Source: Chrysomallon squamiferum (Eukaryota > Animalia > Mollusca). Taken from it: a DNA stretch of 64,000 nucleotides. Each line of letters starts with the position of its first letter. Position 1 is the stretch's first letter. The position numbers were made by a program, and so were the translations under genes. The notes under the pieces are model-generated. The model was not told where the DNA came from. It searched no databases and worked only from the letters and a program-made list of their open reading frames with translations. This document shows positions 16,963-35,262 of this stretch, piece by piece. The DNA lies in assembly GCA_012295275.1 (NCBI GenBank), contig CM022667.1:17360001-17424000 (forward strand), read 5' to 3'.

Positions 16963-19404
16963 AAGCTAAAAGAAAATGAAATATAATAATTTAAAAAGCA
17001 AAACTGTTTCTCTGTCTAGTTATTTGTTCAAAATTTTTAGTTTTTGTATATTAAATGTATTTTTTATCAGAAAGTTCTTTTTCGTTTATAAAGACATATC
17101 TTTCTGTAATTATTTCTTTCGATAACAGATACGCAACACACACATAATTATCAACACAGTTATAGAGACGATCAGAATCCAGAGACAGAGTTAACTGATT
17201 AGAATATCACAAATTAATAAGGACAAACAACAAGTACATTACTATATAAAATAAAATTCCTTTAGAATACGGAATCATGAAATTCTAGCTGGGGAAGGTT
17301 AAAATATTTGTAATCTTAAATGAATAAAATTATTAAAATTACTTTTGAGCAGGCTTCTTATATTATTATTATCACCATCATCATCATTATTATCATTATT
17401 ACTATTACTAATATCGACATGCAGATAATAATTAAACGGAAATGACAGACAGAGAGTGACAACGGACAGAAAGAGGGCGAAATATTTATTTCTCCATTTT
17501 TTCTTGAACGTGGATATACTTCCCGACTTACGAAGGTAGTCCTTTCATGATTTGTTAAATCACATGCTAAACAGTACTGTTACCAATATACAACAATTTA
17601 AATGTTTAGTTTAAAAAGAAATAGCAGCTAAGTAAGTATGTTTATAACGTCCGTACTGTATTCTGTGCATACGTATGCTTTGTAGGAAATCTGCCTAAGA
17701 CCAAACGAAGCCGAATAAGTGTCTTCATGTATGTACGTGCAGAATCAGTAACTGAAATATTATGTAAATATCAAATATTTTAATATCAGTGGATAGATAA
17801 TTTTACTCAGAAATAATGAGGATTGCTATAGAGAGTTATGTCCCTTCCCGCAGTTCAGCGATACATAAAAATCTAACCTATTTTATTACATATTCTGCTC
17901 AGACGTTTGTACTTTCTTCGTCTGTTTGTTTGTGTTTCTGTTCTTCTTGTTGTTTAGTTTGTTTTTATTTCGTTATCCTAATTATGTTTTCTACTTAAGC
18001 TTTTATTTTGGAAAATATATATTCTCTTATGTAATGATTCGTTTATTTATATTAATTTACTTTGTTTTTCTTTTTTATTCATTTATTATTTAATACTTCG
18101 ATTTATTTATTTATTTATTTATTTATTTAATGTTTTATTTCTATTTAGACTGATCTTTCTTTTTTCAACATCTATATGACACATATAACCAAAGATTATA
18201 AATGTGTGTTTTGTTAAATAAAGACTGTTTTCATTCCCTCTTGTCTTGCTGTCTTGTATTACAAATAGATGAATACAAATAGCTGAATTATAAAAGAAAA
18301 TCGGTCGTACTGGTAACAGAAAAAAGTGTGGCACAAAAGAAAAAAAAATAACTTGTAAATATAGTTAGTTTAATATCTGAATTACTAAAACGAATGACTA
18401 AAATATCAATAATATAGAATATAACTGGCTTATGAATTTCTGATCAGTAGATTAGTAGAATAATTTCTAAAATATCACTTTTGTATCTGTAATAATATAT
18501 GTCCTATAGAATTTAATTGGCTTAAATGACTGAATTAGAATAAGGCATTTCTAAAATATCAGTGATGTGAAAAAAGAATAATTGCTTTAAACGACGGATC
18601 AGTAGAATTATTTTTAGAGAGAAATGATCCAATCAGCTAGTCCAATATTTTACAGTTATAATGTAAATTTAAAAAAATTAGAATATAATAATTATTTTTT
18701 CAAATTTTTCTTTATTTCTTTCTTTCTTTCTTTATTTCTTTATTTATTTACTTACTTTTTTATTTAATTTTATTTGTTTATCAATTCGTCTTTCCTTTCC
18801 CATTTTTGATAAATTCTTTAACATCCGTATAACAGTGGATATTAAAATGTGTTAATTCTTAATTGATGCATTATAGGAGAAAAATGAAATAATCAACTTG
18901 TCCAGTATTTTATATTCATAATGTTCTGCATTCATGAATATAATTTCTATTTAAACTGAATAGACAATGTATAATTCAAACCAAATGGACCAGTAAACTA
19001 TATACATAATATTTGGTAGAATAAATCGGTAATGTCATAATCAAATGTAGTAAAACGAAAAAATCAAGACGTTTCTTTAACTAATGTCATCATCAAGTGC
19101 TTTTTTGAAAACATTATTATAAACAAAGCGTATTTAAACAGTGATGTCTGTAGTGGCACAAGGTATGTTAAGTATCATACAACCCAGAAGACTGCCAGAG
19201 AGTGCTCTAAATGCAGCAGTGAACCATTACGTTCAGCAAAAGTTTTCTGGAACTGAAACAAATGACGTAATAAAATGAGCCAATAAGAAAATTACATCAG
19301 CAGTAGTAGAAATTATGTAATGAGTTTGACCAATAGACATTAATGTGTTTCCAGTGTAACATCAATTAGCTGCAAAACAGGGTAAATAGTTTGTGTAATT
19401 GGGA

Positions 19405-19509
<105 letters not shown>

Positions 19510-19872
19510 GTGATGATTCGAAAGAAAATATTCTTTGATTATTGAAAACTCATCAAAGTGATCATAAAAGAATATTGCAAGCTTTCATTTTGCTAATGTA
19601 CCTATTGTTTCATGAAGACCAGCATATTGTATATATCTATGAATGCCTATGTGCACACACACACACACACACACACACATACAGACAGTCACATAGACTC
19701 ACACACACTTTACAGAAACCAATATTTAAGTAATATGCTGCAAGATTCTGCAATCCATATTAAAGTAAAGTTCAAATGAGCGATTTAAATGAAGCACACC
19801 TAGCCAGCCAAGGGTGATAAATCTTGCTCAGTCAATAATTATCTGACAGCTGTCAAAATAAATTGATCCTTG

Positions 19873-19971
19873 ACATTGAACGCGTATCAGGGGCGTTAAG
19901 CGAATCTGACTTCGTTGATAGGGTTTGCTGCTCGCGTTTAGAGAGGTGGTGTAGGGACCTGTTTGCTAAAT
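19873..19971 (+). other. Putative non-coding leader exon of TyrA2 (5' end approximate)
   Basis: Paralogous to 12415-12506, with donor GTAAGT at 19972. It lies about 2.5 kb upstream of the acceptor-ATG, as for TyrA1. Confidence 0.65.
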
Positions 19972-20029
19972 GTAAGTAAATAATCATAGTAAGAGATAAC
20001 CAAAATATAACAATAAACATTATGTCTTT

Positions 20030-20480
20030 TTAAAACTGTAATTGATTAAGAGCTAACTGATGACAAAAGCAAAATAATAATTGAACAATAACAGAAATGT
20101 GTATATTTAATTAATGTAAGCAATTAATAGGTAATTAAATAAAGCAATAACCAAAATGTTAAACGGATCTTTTTAAAACTTTCTCTAATTAATTGATGAC
20201 TAAAATATAATAATAATTAAAAATAATATTAAACGGACATATTTAATAATTGCACATAAATAATAATTAATAGATAAGTACAATGTAAAAATAACTAGCA
20301 TGTTAAATAGATGTATCTTTTAAATCTGGTTAATTAATAGTTAACTGATGACTAAAATATAATAATAATTAAACATAATGTTAACTGGAGACATTTAATA
20401 ATTGCAAATAAATATTAATTAATACGTTAATATGTTATATAAAATAAAAATGTAACTGACATGTTAAGTAAATAGTAATT
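20030..20480. repeat. About 150-bp diverged tandem repeat, roughly 3 copies
   Basis: TGATGACTAAAATATAATAATAATTAAA..ATTTAATAATTGCA occurs at about 20194 and 20346, with a more diverged copy at about 20058. Confidence 0.7.
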
Positions 20481-20688
20481 AAATATCTTAATATTTTATT
20501 TAAAAAAACAATTGATTGATATATTATTTGGATATATTTAATTAGTGCAATGATAGTCTTATATATATAAAGAAGGGCGGAATCTTTATTAATATATTTT
20601 ACAAATGCTTGATTGCAATAATTATACTCTCGCCATGTTGATCTGTGCTGAATTTAAAATATGTGTATGTGAATGTGTGCGTGTGTGT

Positions 20689-20739
<51 letters not shown>

Positions 20740-21348
20740 GCGTTGTTAAACTGAAATACTCCACTTTTATTAATGATGAATTGACGATTTTCGTGTTTGA
20801 CAACTCAGCAGTTTAAATAATTAAATATAAAAATAAATATAATTAAATGCATTTTTAAATAATGTAAAGAGTAAATTTGATCTACTTTAAAAGACGATAA
20901 CTGACATTTAAACGATTCAAGAAATGTCATACATACATTATGCATACATACACAAATATATACATACATACTACATACACACATACATACATACATACAT
21001 ATATCTAATAACTAAAAAAATAAACCCGTTAATATAAGAATGTAACTAATATAACAATGTAATTAATGTAGAAATTTCACTTATTGAATAAGCATAAAGA
21101 TTAAATTATTGAACGGTTAGTGAAAAAAAATAGAATCTATTGATTTTCAAACATAAATGGATTCTTACTTTTCCTTTTTGTTTGTAAAACTCATTTATAC
21201 AAAACTTGTGTTCTTGATTTGTTGCTTTTTATCTTTTTCTTTATTTCTTTCCTTTTATTTGTTCACGTTTCTTCTTGTTTTTGTTGTTAGTATTTTTATT
21301 ATATGAATTAAGAGTAATATAGAAGTAATATTAGAAATAATAGGATAG

Positions 21349-21479
<131 letters not shown>

Positions 21480-22471
21480 GATTGTAGGAGAAAGTAGAGG
21501 AGGAGTATAATTTTATCATCATCATCATCATCATCATCATTTTTATCATCGTCATTGTCATCTTCATTATCATCATCATAATTATCATGATTATCGCCAT
21601 CGGCTTTCTCAAAGTAAATGAAGAAATGTAGCCAAAATACGCTGTATATATTAGATACAAGAGCCAGGGAAACTGACTTCTTTATAAAAAGATGACAAAC
21701 GTCATCATGGTTCTTAACCACTGCAGCGGATTAAAGCAGAAACCCTCAACTTGCAATACGATAAAATATGGATTCCTGAGTTTATTAAAGGATTTAGTCA
21801 CTGCTATCAGTATTGCAGGATTTGTCACTCTAAAAGATAAAAATATATAACATTTATACTGAGAGAACCTAATGAATTACCTTTTATGTAGAAAATAATA
21901 TAATTTCTGTAGGAAAGAATAGAATGTCACATTATTACAATTTCTTTGGATGCAAGACCAAACAAAAACCAAAGAAAAACACACCAAAATATGGGAAAAG
22001 AAACATTAGAAAAAAAAACAAGAATAAGAAAAGATAAACATAGATATTAAAAGAATAGGAACACCACCGAAAAAAAAAAATAATTAAAGAAAAATAATAC
22101 AAAAATAATATATAAATAAATAAAGAGGAAAAATAAATAAATGAATAAATAAATTCATGTTGCAAAGCTAAGTTTCCGGGTTTTTTTACTTTTATTTTTT
22201 CCGCCTGTGTTTGTATTTCTACTTTGGGTGTTCTTTTGTTGTTGTTTGTTGTCTTTTTAAAATTATTATTATTGTTATTTTATTTTAATTTTATATACAG
22301 ATATATATATATATAATTTTATAATTTTGTGCTTAAATTGAAGTTTATATATGCAAAACAAACCTAAAACTGAAAAAAGTCACTATTTCAACTGTTCGAT
22401 AAAGGTTTCACACACACACACACACGCACACACACACACATTCTGACTTTTGTTTTTGTTACCACGCACAG

Positions 22472-26795
<4,324 letters not shown>

Positions 26796-28649
26796 TAAAG
26801 TATAAATACGGTGATCAACAGAAACTTAACGAAAGTGTTTGTCCCTGTGTACATTTGTAAATTAAATATGTAATTTATTGGCGGAACATCCAGTATCATT
26901 TACCAAAACAAATAATTACATTTTCAGTTATTATTATTTTCAGTTATTAATTACAGGTTATTGTAATAAATCAACATTTTAGAAACAATTATTAATACTA
27001 TATACTACAGTAACAATTTATAGCATAATAACTCTATTAAATATAATACAGCAATAACTTAATTTTGTAATGTCATAATGGTATTCTATAATAGTAACTC
27101 AGTTTGCTACAGTAATAACTTCACTTTGTATGCTATACTAGTAACTGAATGCTTCAGAAATAATTTCTCTCTATATGCTATAAGTAAAACTCTGTATGTA
27201 GGACTAAGAACACTTCTTTCTATGTATAATAATAATTCTATATATTACATAATAACTTTTATATGTCATAATTAATAAACTACTTAAAATGCAGTATAAA
27301 ATATTTCTATCTGCCATTTAATAACTGTTTTCTATTAAAATGAATTTAAATGTCATAATAATAAACACATTACACGCTATATGTATTACGTGGAAAGTCA
27401 GGTTGCACTCACACTCATGAACATAGATAATATTTATATCTGGAGGGATCTACATAAATAGCCTCCATCTGAAATCATTTGTGACAGGGAAGTGATGATA
27501 CTTTTAATGAACTAACCCATCAATCAAGTATTTTAATCACAAAATTTCAAATATTTCATGACATAAAGAGAAATTCTGCAAAATAAGCAATCTTCACTTT
27601 GTAACGTTAGCAAAGATACCATGGCGTTTAAGAATGAATCTATCTGAAGATCTGCATGCAAGAAATATATATGTTTTTAATTTTGTGACGGAAAATCAGC
27701 TGCCGGATAAATGATATTTAAAAATTTAATATTTATTCAGTATTAAATAAAAAATTTAAATACGAAATCGAAACGGCATATCGACATTGATTTAATCATT
27801 AAATAATGCACGCAGAAGTTTCTAACGGTTTTTTTTTGTTGTTGTTGTTGTTGTAGTTGTTTTTTCGATCCACATGAGCAATATCAACAAGGAACTAGGA
27901 AGTTGTTTGCTGTTGTTTTTGTTTTTTATTTATTTATTCGTTTCTTTCTTTCTTTTATTCCTTTTTATTTTTTATTTTTTTATATTTATTTATTTATTTA
28001 TTTATTTTTATTTTTATTTTTTTGGTTGTTGTTGCTTTTTTCATATTTTCAAAAATGTGTCAAGATAAACATCATATACGTTGTTCTAGGCATTGACTGT
28101 ACAACAAGTGAGCAGGCAGAGATTTTCAGTTCTTGATTTGTACACGGAAAATTAACTTCTAAGAAAAATAAGTCTATTCTGTCATACACACTGATTATTG
28201 CAAAGGTTAACCAAGTAGATGTTCTGTATTTGGAACAAATGGGTTATCAAGTAGCAGTATTCAAAACTTAATTTGTATGTGAAAAAATTAAAAGCCAAGT
28301 TGAAGTTTTTCTGTATTATTCTATGTATTGATTCATGTACTAAGTTGCCAATACAATTTACCAAGCTGACGTTTTCAATCATTAAACGCTTAATCTGCAT
28401 ACCAAGAAATTAACTGCTGTATAAATAGAATCATAGCTGTATTAACCTCAGTATTAATTCATGTTGCCAAGCAAAATGTCTGAAATGTTTTGTGTGTTTC
28501 TTGCAAGCAGATCTCTGTGTTATAACGTGTGCAGTTTCGTAGCAGGTTTCTTTTCTTTCTTTGTTACTGCTTGTCTCTGCATATCTTCTCTGGGTGTTCT
28601 GTTGTTGTTTTGTTTTGTTTTGTTATTTTTTTTTCCTTAGGTTGTTTTA

Positions 28650-28724
<75 letters not shown>

Positions 28725-30084
28725 TTATATTTAAAAGTTATTCCCCCCCCCCCGCAGGGTTCCTGTTCTTTAATGTGTTTGTTTATTTTTTCTTATTCTT
28801 ATTTTTTTATTTTATCTTTTTCCTTTTTTTTTCTTCTTTTTTTTTTCCTTTTTTTTTTTTTTTTTTTTTTTTTATTTTATTTTATTTTTTTATCTTGTTT
28901 CTTCTGTTTTCTTCTTCTTCTTCTTTCTTTTTTTTTTTTTATTTTTTGTTTTTAATATTATTTTTTTATGTGTGTTTGTGTGTGTTTTCTTGTCCTTTAT
29001 CGTTTTTTGGGGAGAAGGGTAAGTTTTGTGTTTGTATTCGTAACTGAATAAAACATTAAATAATTATTTAAAAAGCATTTTCATTGTTATATTTTATTTT
29101 GTGTTTGTGTTCTGTTACATTCTAGATTTGTTGTTAAGTTTGAATATTATATTTGATAAATATTTGCTCTGTTAATAAATAGCATAAAATAAAAAAAGAA
29201 ATAATGAAGTTCAAAGAAATACTTTTTTCTTTTTTACATTTATTGCCTCCCTTTACCTTCTTCAACTTTTTATTTCAAACGGTAACATAACATGAGAGGT
29301 AATAACAATAATAATGACAATAACTACTACAACAACAACCTAGCAGTAAATATTGGTCTATTTATACTTCCAACCTGTATGCTATGACTAATTAATCAAA
29401 GGAAATAATCTCTTCTTTACTGTCTTCGAGAAGGTGCCTATAAAAGTTCTCTTGTTGCTAACAGAAAAGTTTTATTTCCTCATTACGTGTCATGTTGTCT
29501 CTCAGCTAAATTATTTTTATTTACAATGAAAACAACCATACACGCTTTGAACATCCGGACTCTGATATATTAACACTTTCAGTCACAACTAAACGATAAT
29601 AGTTTCCATACTGCTATAGGTGACGCTGTATACAGTGCAGTTTACAACATTAGCACGATTAACCAATAACAACTTTTGATATTACATTTTCTTTAAACCA
29701 GCTTGCAATCAGAAAGATTTTTCGCAGATTTTTAAACAGAATTAGCTTTTTTCTTGATAACCATGACTTGTAGTTATTCAGTCGGGTTCTATGAAACTGG
29801 ACTTACTATCTATAACAAACATTCTGTCCAAGGCAGGCTAGTTTGAACTCGTATCTACAAATGACCATTTTCCAACACATTTGGCTTATACTGTCTTGTT
29901 GTAACTGATTCCATTGTGGTTAGTTTACCTTATTTGTTTTTTGTTTTTTAAGGTATCTGTCTGATACCTGTTGTGTAGATATTACCAGCTTTTAAAACAT
30001 TAATTTTATCCCTGCTTGCTAAACCGGCTAGTATGGTGTATGACATTGGTGTACTGAGGTGAAATAGCATGTCGTGGTATGCTA

Positions 30085-30863
30085 TCTTATGGTATCATAC
30101 AGAACAGTGGTATGGTATGTTATGGTATCATACAGAACAATGGTATGGTATGGTATGGTATCATACAGAACAATGGTATGGTATGTTACGGTATTATACA
30201 GAACAATGGTATGGTATGTTATGGTATCATACAGAACAATGGTATGGTATGGTGTGTTATGGTATCATACAGAACAATGGTATGGTATGTTATGGTATCA
30301 TACAGAACAATGGTATGGTATGTTATGGTATCATACAGAACAATGGTATGGTATGTTATGGTATCATACAGAACAATGGTATGGTATGGTATGGTATCAT
30401 ACAGAACAATGGTATGGTATGTTACGGTATTATACAGAACAATGGTATGGTATGTTATGGTATCATACAGAACAATGGTATGGTATGGTGTGTTATGGTA
30501 TCATACAGAACAATGGTATGGTATGTTATGGTATCATACAGAACAATGGTATGGTATGTTATGGTATCATACAGAACAATGGTATGGTATGGTATGTTAT
30601 GTTATGGTATCATACAGAACAATGGTATGGTATGGTATGGTATGGTATCATACAGAACAGTGGTATGGTATGTTACGGTATTATACAGAACAATGGTATG
30701 GTATGTTATGGTATCATACAGAACAATGGTATGGTATGGTATGGTATGGTATCATACAGAACAGTGGTATGGTATGTTATGGTATTATACAGAACAATGG
30801 TATGGTATGTTATAGTATCATACAGAACAATGGTATGGTGTGGTATGTATCAATGGTATGGTA
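30085..30863. repeat. 33-bp minisatellite (ATGGTATCATACAGAACAATGGTATGGTATGTT)n, about 22 copies, with 5-bp length variants
   Basis: Read directly from the sequence. It explains the three overlapping repetitive ORFs at 30069-30931. Confidence 0.95.
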
Positions 30864-32040
30864 TAGAGAGTACAGGATCAAATATTACGTTGAGCAATAA
30901 TTCAGTCTCTTCTCGAATACATCCAGGATAGATCTATTTAATAAAAGTTTTATTTGTAGTTGTTAATTTACACGTTGAAACCTCCTTACAGATACAGTTA
31001 TTGTACGCTTTGGTGTAAATGCCCAGACTAAACTCTGAAACCTTCTACCTGCAAAGAAAGACACGTTCTGGTGTTTTATTTGTGACATATCTTACCTGTC
31101 AGGGTTAAGATGTCAAGTAGGTGAAAACATGGCTGGCAGGTAGTCTGTGTGACAGTCGTGTCTCCATAAACTACGTGAATGACGCAAGCTTGATCACTGA
31201 CGTTGGTGTCGCTTATGTGTGTAACAAATCTTCATCATGTGTTATTACTATAATCATTCTTATTTAGAGGTGGACTGGTGTATTTGTTATTTCCTATATA
31301 ATGTTTACATCAGTCTGTTTTTGAATAGATGTTAGTTTGTGTGTACGTACCTGCATGCTGATTTGTACGTGTCTGTGTTTATAAAAGGCAGAAAGGGGCA
31401 GAACAACTAAATAAACAGCGGGCATGTCCACGGCTATCAGAAAATAAACATAATGCGTTTAGCCACGAGATCGCAGATCAATAATATTTTATATAACAAA
31501 TTAACCAAAAGCTCTGGTAACACGTAACCAGAAATACATTTAAAAAAAAAAAAAAAATCAACCATGAAATATAATGACAGGAAACCAAATGTTGTTTTAT
31601 TACTCCATAAACATTTACATACATACAAAGACAAATAAAAATATACAAGTACCGACAGACATATATCGAGAGAAAGAGAGAGAGGGGGAGGGCTGGGGTA
31701 AAATAATACGAGAGAGAGAAAAAGAGATTAATATTGTTAGGCAAATAAAACTCAATTCAGATTTTCTTTATTTATCGGCATCTTTCAAATATCATTTACC
31801 TTCTGTTTCATTTCCTGCTTCCTTAATATTATTGTCATCAATAACTAATCACACTAAAGTGCGGGTCATGAATTGGGTTCAAACTCTGTCCCAGTCTGAT
31901 TCGTCATAATAACAGCCTGAAGCCTCGCGCATGAAGACATCACGTTTCTGTCTTGCAACCAATATGCTTTATATTTAGAAAACAAAATAAATAATGTGTC
32001 ATTTTACGAACAAAAGAAGGAATTATTGTACAGAAATGAA

Positions 32041-32160
32041 GAAAGAAATAAGGAAATGATTTATTTAATGAAGCATTCAGCTTATTAATTTTTTGATCTA
32101 TGATTATACTGCATCAGTTATATGATTAGGAAATCCCTGTCGCCATAAACTGGGCCGTTT
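32041..32160. mobile_element. Decayed SINE-like interspersed repeat fragment
   Basis: GGAAATGATTTATTTAATGAAGCATTCA..GGAAATCCCTGTCGCCA resembles, from memory only, an abundant gastropod interspersed repeat. Not verifiable here. Confidence 0.3.
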
Positions 32161-32234
32161 AAAAATTACGTAGTCATACAGAGTAAATCACAAAAATGTC
32201 TGTCAGATCACGGCTGATAAAATGGCCCAGTCGA

Positions 32235-32268
<34 letters not shown>

Positions 32269-33222
32269 TATGCAATTTAAAAGGTATAGTAACCATTACC
32301 GACAGTTGTACGAAACCAGCATCTCGGCAGAGAGAAAACGTATAACGAGCAGCTAATTCAATTATCGGAATGGATTGACGATACACACAAACTTTTGTAC
32401 ACTTACATTACTCAAATTATAAAACAAATTAAATATTGACAAGCTGACATTCGATAGACGTTTTACTGTAACATTAGTAAATAAAACATATTCCAATTTC
32501 ATGTTATTTTAATCTTCAGAAACCGGCACTCTGTCTAAAACGGCATATTCCGTTGGTCCACTGTATATATATAGATAGAGAGATAGATAGCTGGGTACAT
32601 GTTTCTATATTAATATTGTTACAGCAGTTATTAACTGATGACAGGAAATCTCAATCAGTTAATTAAAAAGATACATTTTGTCTGCGTTTGTTGAGATTAT
32701 GTTTTGCCTTTTTTATTTGTAGTTATTAAATATTTTTATCTTATTTCATTTTCATTTTTATTTTTATTTTTATTTTATTTTTTTATTTTCATTTTTATTT
32801 TTATTTGACCCCCGGCAATTTCATTACCTTTTATTTATGAACAAAGGTGACCTCGTTCATTACAATAATAGTGTTTCTTTACACTGCTCGTCAAATCTGC
32901 AACGTTTCAAATTTTCATTTTCTGTAATTCTTTTGCTTCTTTCTGTTACTTTATTTATTTACTTACTTAACTTATGTAAATATTTTGTTTTTAATTTTAA
33001 TTTTTAATTTTTATATAATTTTAATATCTAGATTAAAAGTATGACGTCGTAGCAGTGTTACCTGCTGTAGACGAATCGCTGGCTTCACTTCCTGGAAATA
33101 CCCGGGTTGGAGAAATGAAAAGTTAAATGTTTATGTTTATCTTTTCTTTCTTTTTTTCCTGTTTTCCGATTTAAATTTAAATAACTGGTAAAAACGTAAT
33201 TGGTTTTCTTAATTTTATTTTG

Positions 33223-33270
<48 letters not shown>

Positions 33271-33584
33271 TGTTTTATTTACTTTTTATTACTGTTATTT
33301 TGCTATTATTATTTTGTTTGAATAGTTTACTTTTGTAGCTGATATAACAACGATTTTGAATAAAAAAGTTAAAAATACATTTTAAAAACGATATGAATAT
33401 TTTAACAATATATGCAACAACAAGTAATTACCAATAAGAAAGAAAAAAACACTATAACAACGGTTTTTTCATTCCCTTTTTCAACATTTTAATACAAAAA
33501 TCAGCTTACAAAGAAATGACAATAAAATATAAACAAATGTGCGTCTGTTAGCTATCAAACTTTGACCTTTACATCGTTGACAAT

Positions 33585-33803
33585 GACCATGACAGCCGTG
33601 ACGACAGCAGCATCGGCCACGTGGTCTGAGAAAGTTCGGATGACGTTGTCAAAAGGTAACAACAGGTTAATGATTGGCGATTTTTCTATTGGTTGTTTTC
33701 ACCTTTAACCCTTTTCTGATAGATATGTGTAAATGAAAGCTATATATAATATATGTAAATCAGATGAGATCCAACACCTGGAACATTTTTACCTTCAGTC
33801 CAG
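33585..33803 (+). promoter_or_regulatory. Putative promoter and leader exon of TyrB1
   Basis: Contains ATGACAGCCGTGACG, CACGTG (33618), TTGTCAAAA and TGATTGGC..ATTGG, followed by CAG|GTAAGT at 33804. The motif order is shared with the blocks at 43.2, 53.75 and 63.1 kb. Matching acceptor at 35224. Confidence 0.6.
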
Positions 33804-35262
33804 GTAAGTGGACATAAAACGAATGACTTTATAATCACTGTTATTGCTAAGAAAGAATGATCATTTCGTTAACATGTGGAGGAACCAAAACAAAACGTGC
33901 ATCGTGAATATTTTATAAGAAACTTGTAGATATATATAAGTTAGTGTGAGTAATTAAGTATATATTGTCCATATTTTCTCTTACAGAGTTCTTTTCTGTA
34001 TTTGCTTTATAAAACGTGACGTCACATTCTTCATTATCAGTAAAGACTGGTATGAATGGCGGAAATGTGTTCTTGTTAACATCATGTTACCTGTTAGAGG
34101 AAATTCACTGCTATCATGCAGTGAGGTACACTCATCCATTACCAGCAAGCCATCTTTCTTATGAACTTCCACCATGGACAGAGATGCACGTATGATATTT
34201 GTAGTTTTTTTTAAAAAGATGGGTAGAATGTATTAGTAATGGCCTTGATAAAAAAAAATACTCTAATTTACTTATATTAACTTAGAACACATTGTTATAT
34301 ATCCAAGAACAGAGAAAAATAAAGCAGTTTCTATGAATGAAAAGTATTTAAACATCCTTTAACTTTTACTAGATGCCAGCCATTAATGCATTTTATTTTT
34401 GTTATTGTTTTAGTTAGTTTTGTTTTTTCTTTGCCTTTCTTTTGCTTTCCTTTTTATTTATTTATTTATTTAAAATATTTAAATATTTGTTTATTTATAA
34501 TAACTTCTTTTCTTCTCCAAAATAAAGTACATAATCACAAATAAATGTTTTAATAATGGAATAAGTGAATATTATTAAACAAAAATGTCACCAATAACGA
34601 TTTTTTTTCCCACACTTTTCTTCTATTCTTGTCTTCAAATGATGAATGAATAAACATCACTGGCTGACGAGAAACCTTCACGCACTATGACATCAAATTT
34701 ATCTGTAACTCCAAGTAGAGTTCATCATGGCGAATGCCTCGGGATAAAACCAAGGTTGTCGACGAGCTATTTCTTAATTTTTACGCATTTGTTGGTGTGA
34801 TATACTTGTAAAGAATGACTGATGTGTTAATAACAGTCTCTTTGTGCACACAGCAGTTCAAAGCAAGCTTATTGTAGCCGAGGAGTTAGAGGGCTCGTAT
34901 GAGACAAGATGGCTTGTAGAATAAACCTTCCTCGAATCCTCAATCCAGCACATAACACAACGACTAAATTATCAAATGTACTAAATGTCTTCTGATGTAC
35001 AAAATTAAAACAGAAAAAGAAAAAAAAAAAAAAGTAAAATCCAGTACTATATTCTATCATTACAGAGACCAATAGTCCATGCAAAACGAATGACTAAGAA
35101 ATAATAAAACAAAAATAGAAGAAAAAAAAAGGAAATAAAGAGAAAAACTGGCCTGTTTTCTATTTTGAAACAATAAAAGTAAAATCTAAATAATAATAAT
35201 AATAATTTGTGGCGTCATTTTCAGCATCATCGTGAAACATCATTGTGAACATCGACTTCATC

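Noticed and set aside
30085-30863. CRISPR-like array
   Set aside because: The units are contiguous with no unique spacers, the context is eukaryotic and there are no cas genes.
30069-30931. Three long overlapping ORFs (248-285 aa), including a Tyr/Trp-rich repeat protein
   Set aside because: They are products of a stop-free 33-bp minisatellite. 5-bp indels cycle the frames, and there is no signal peptide or splice context.
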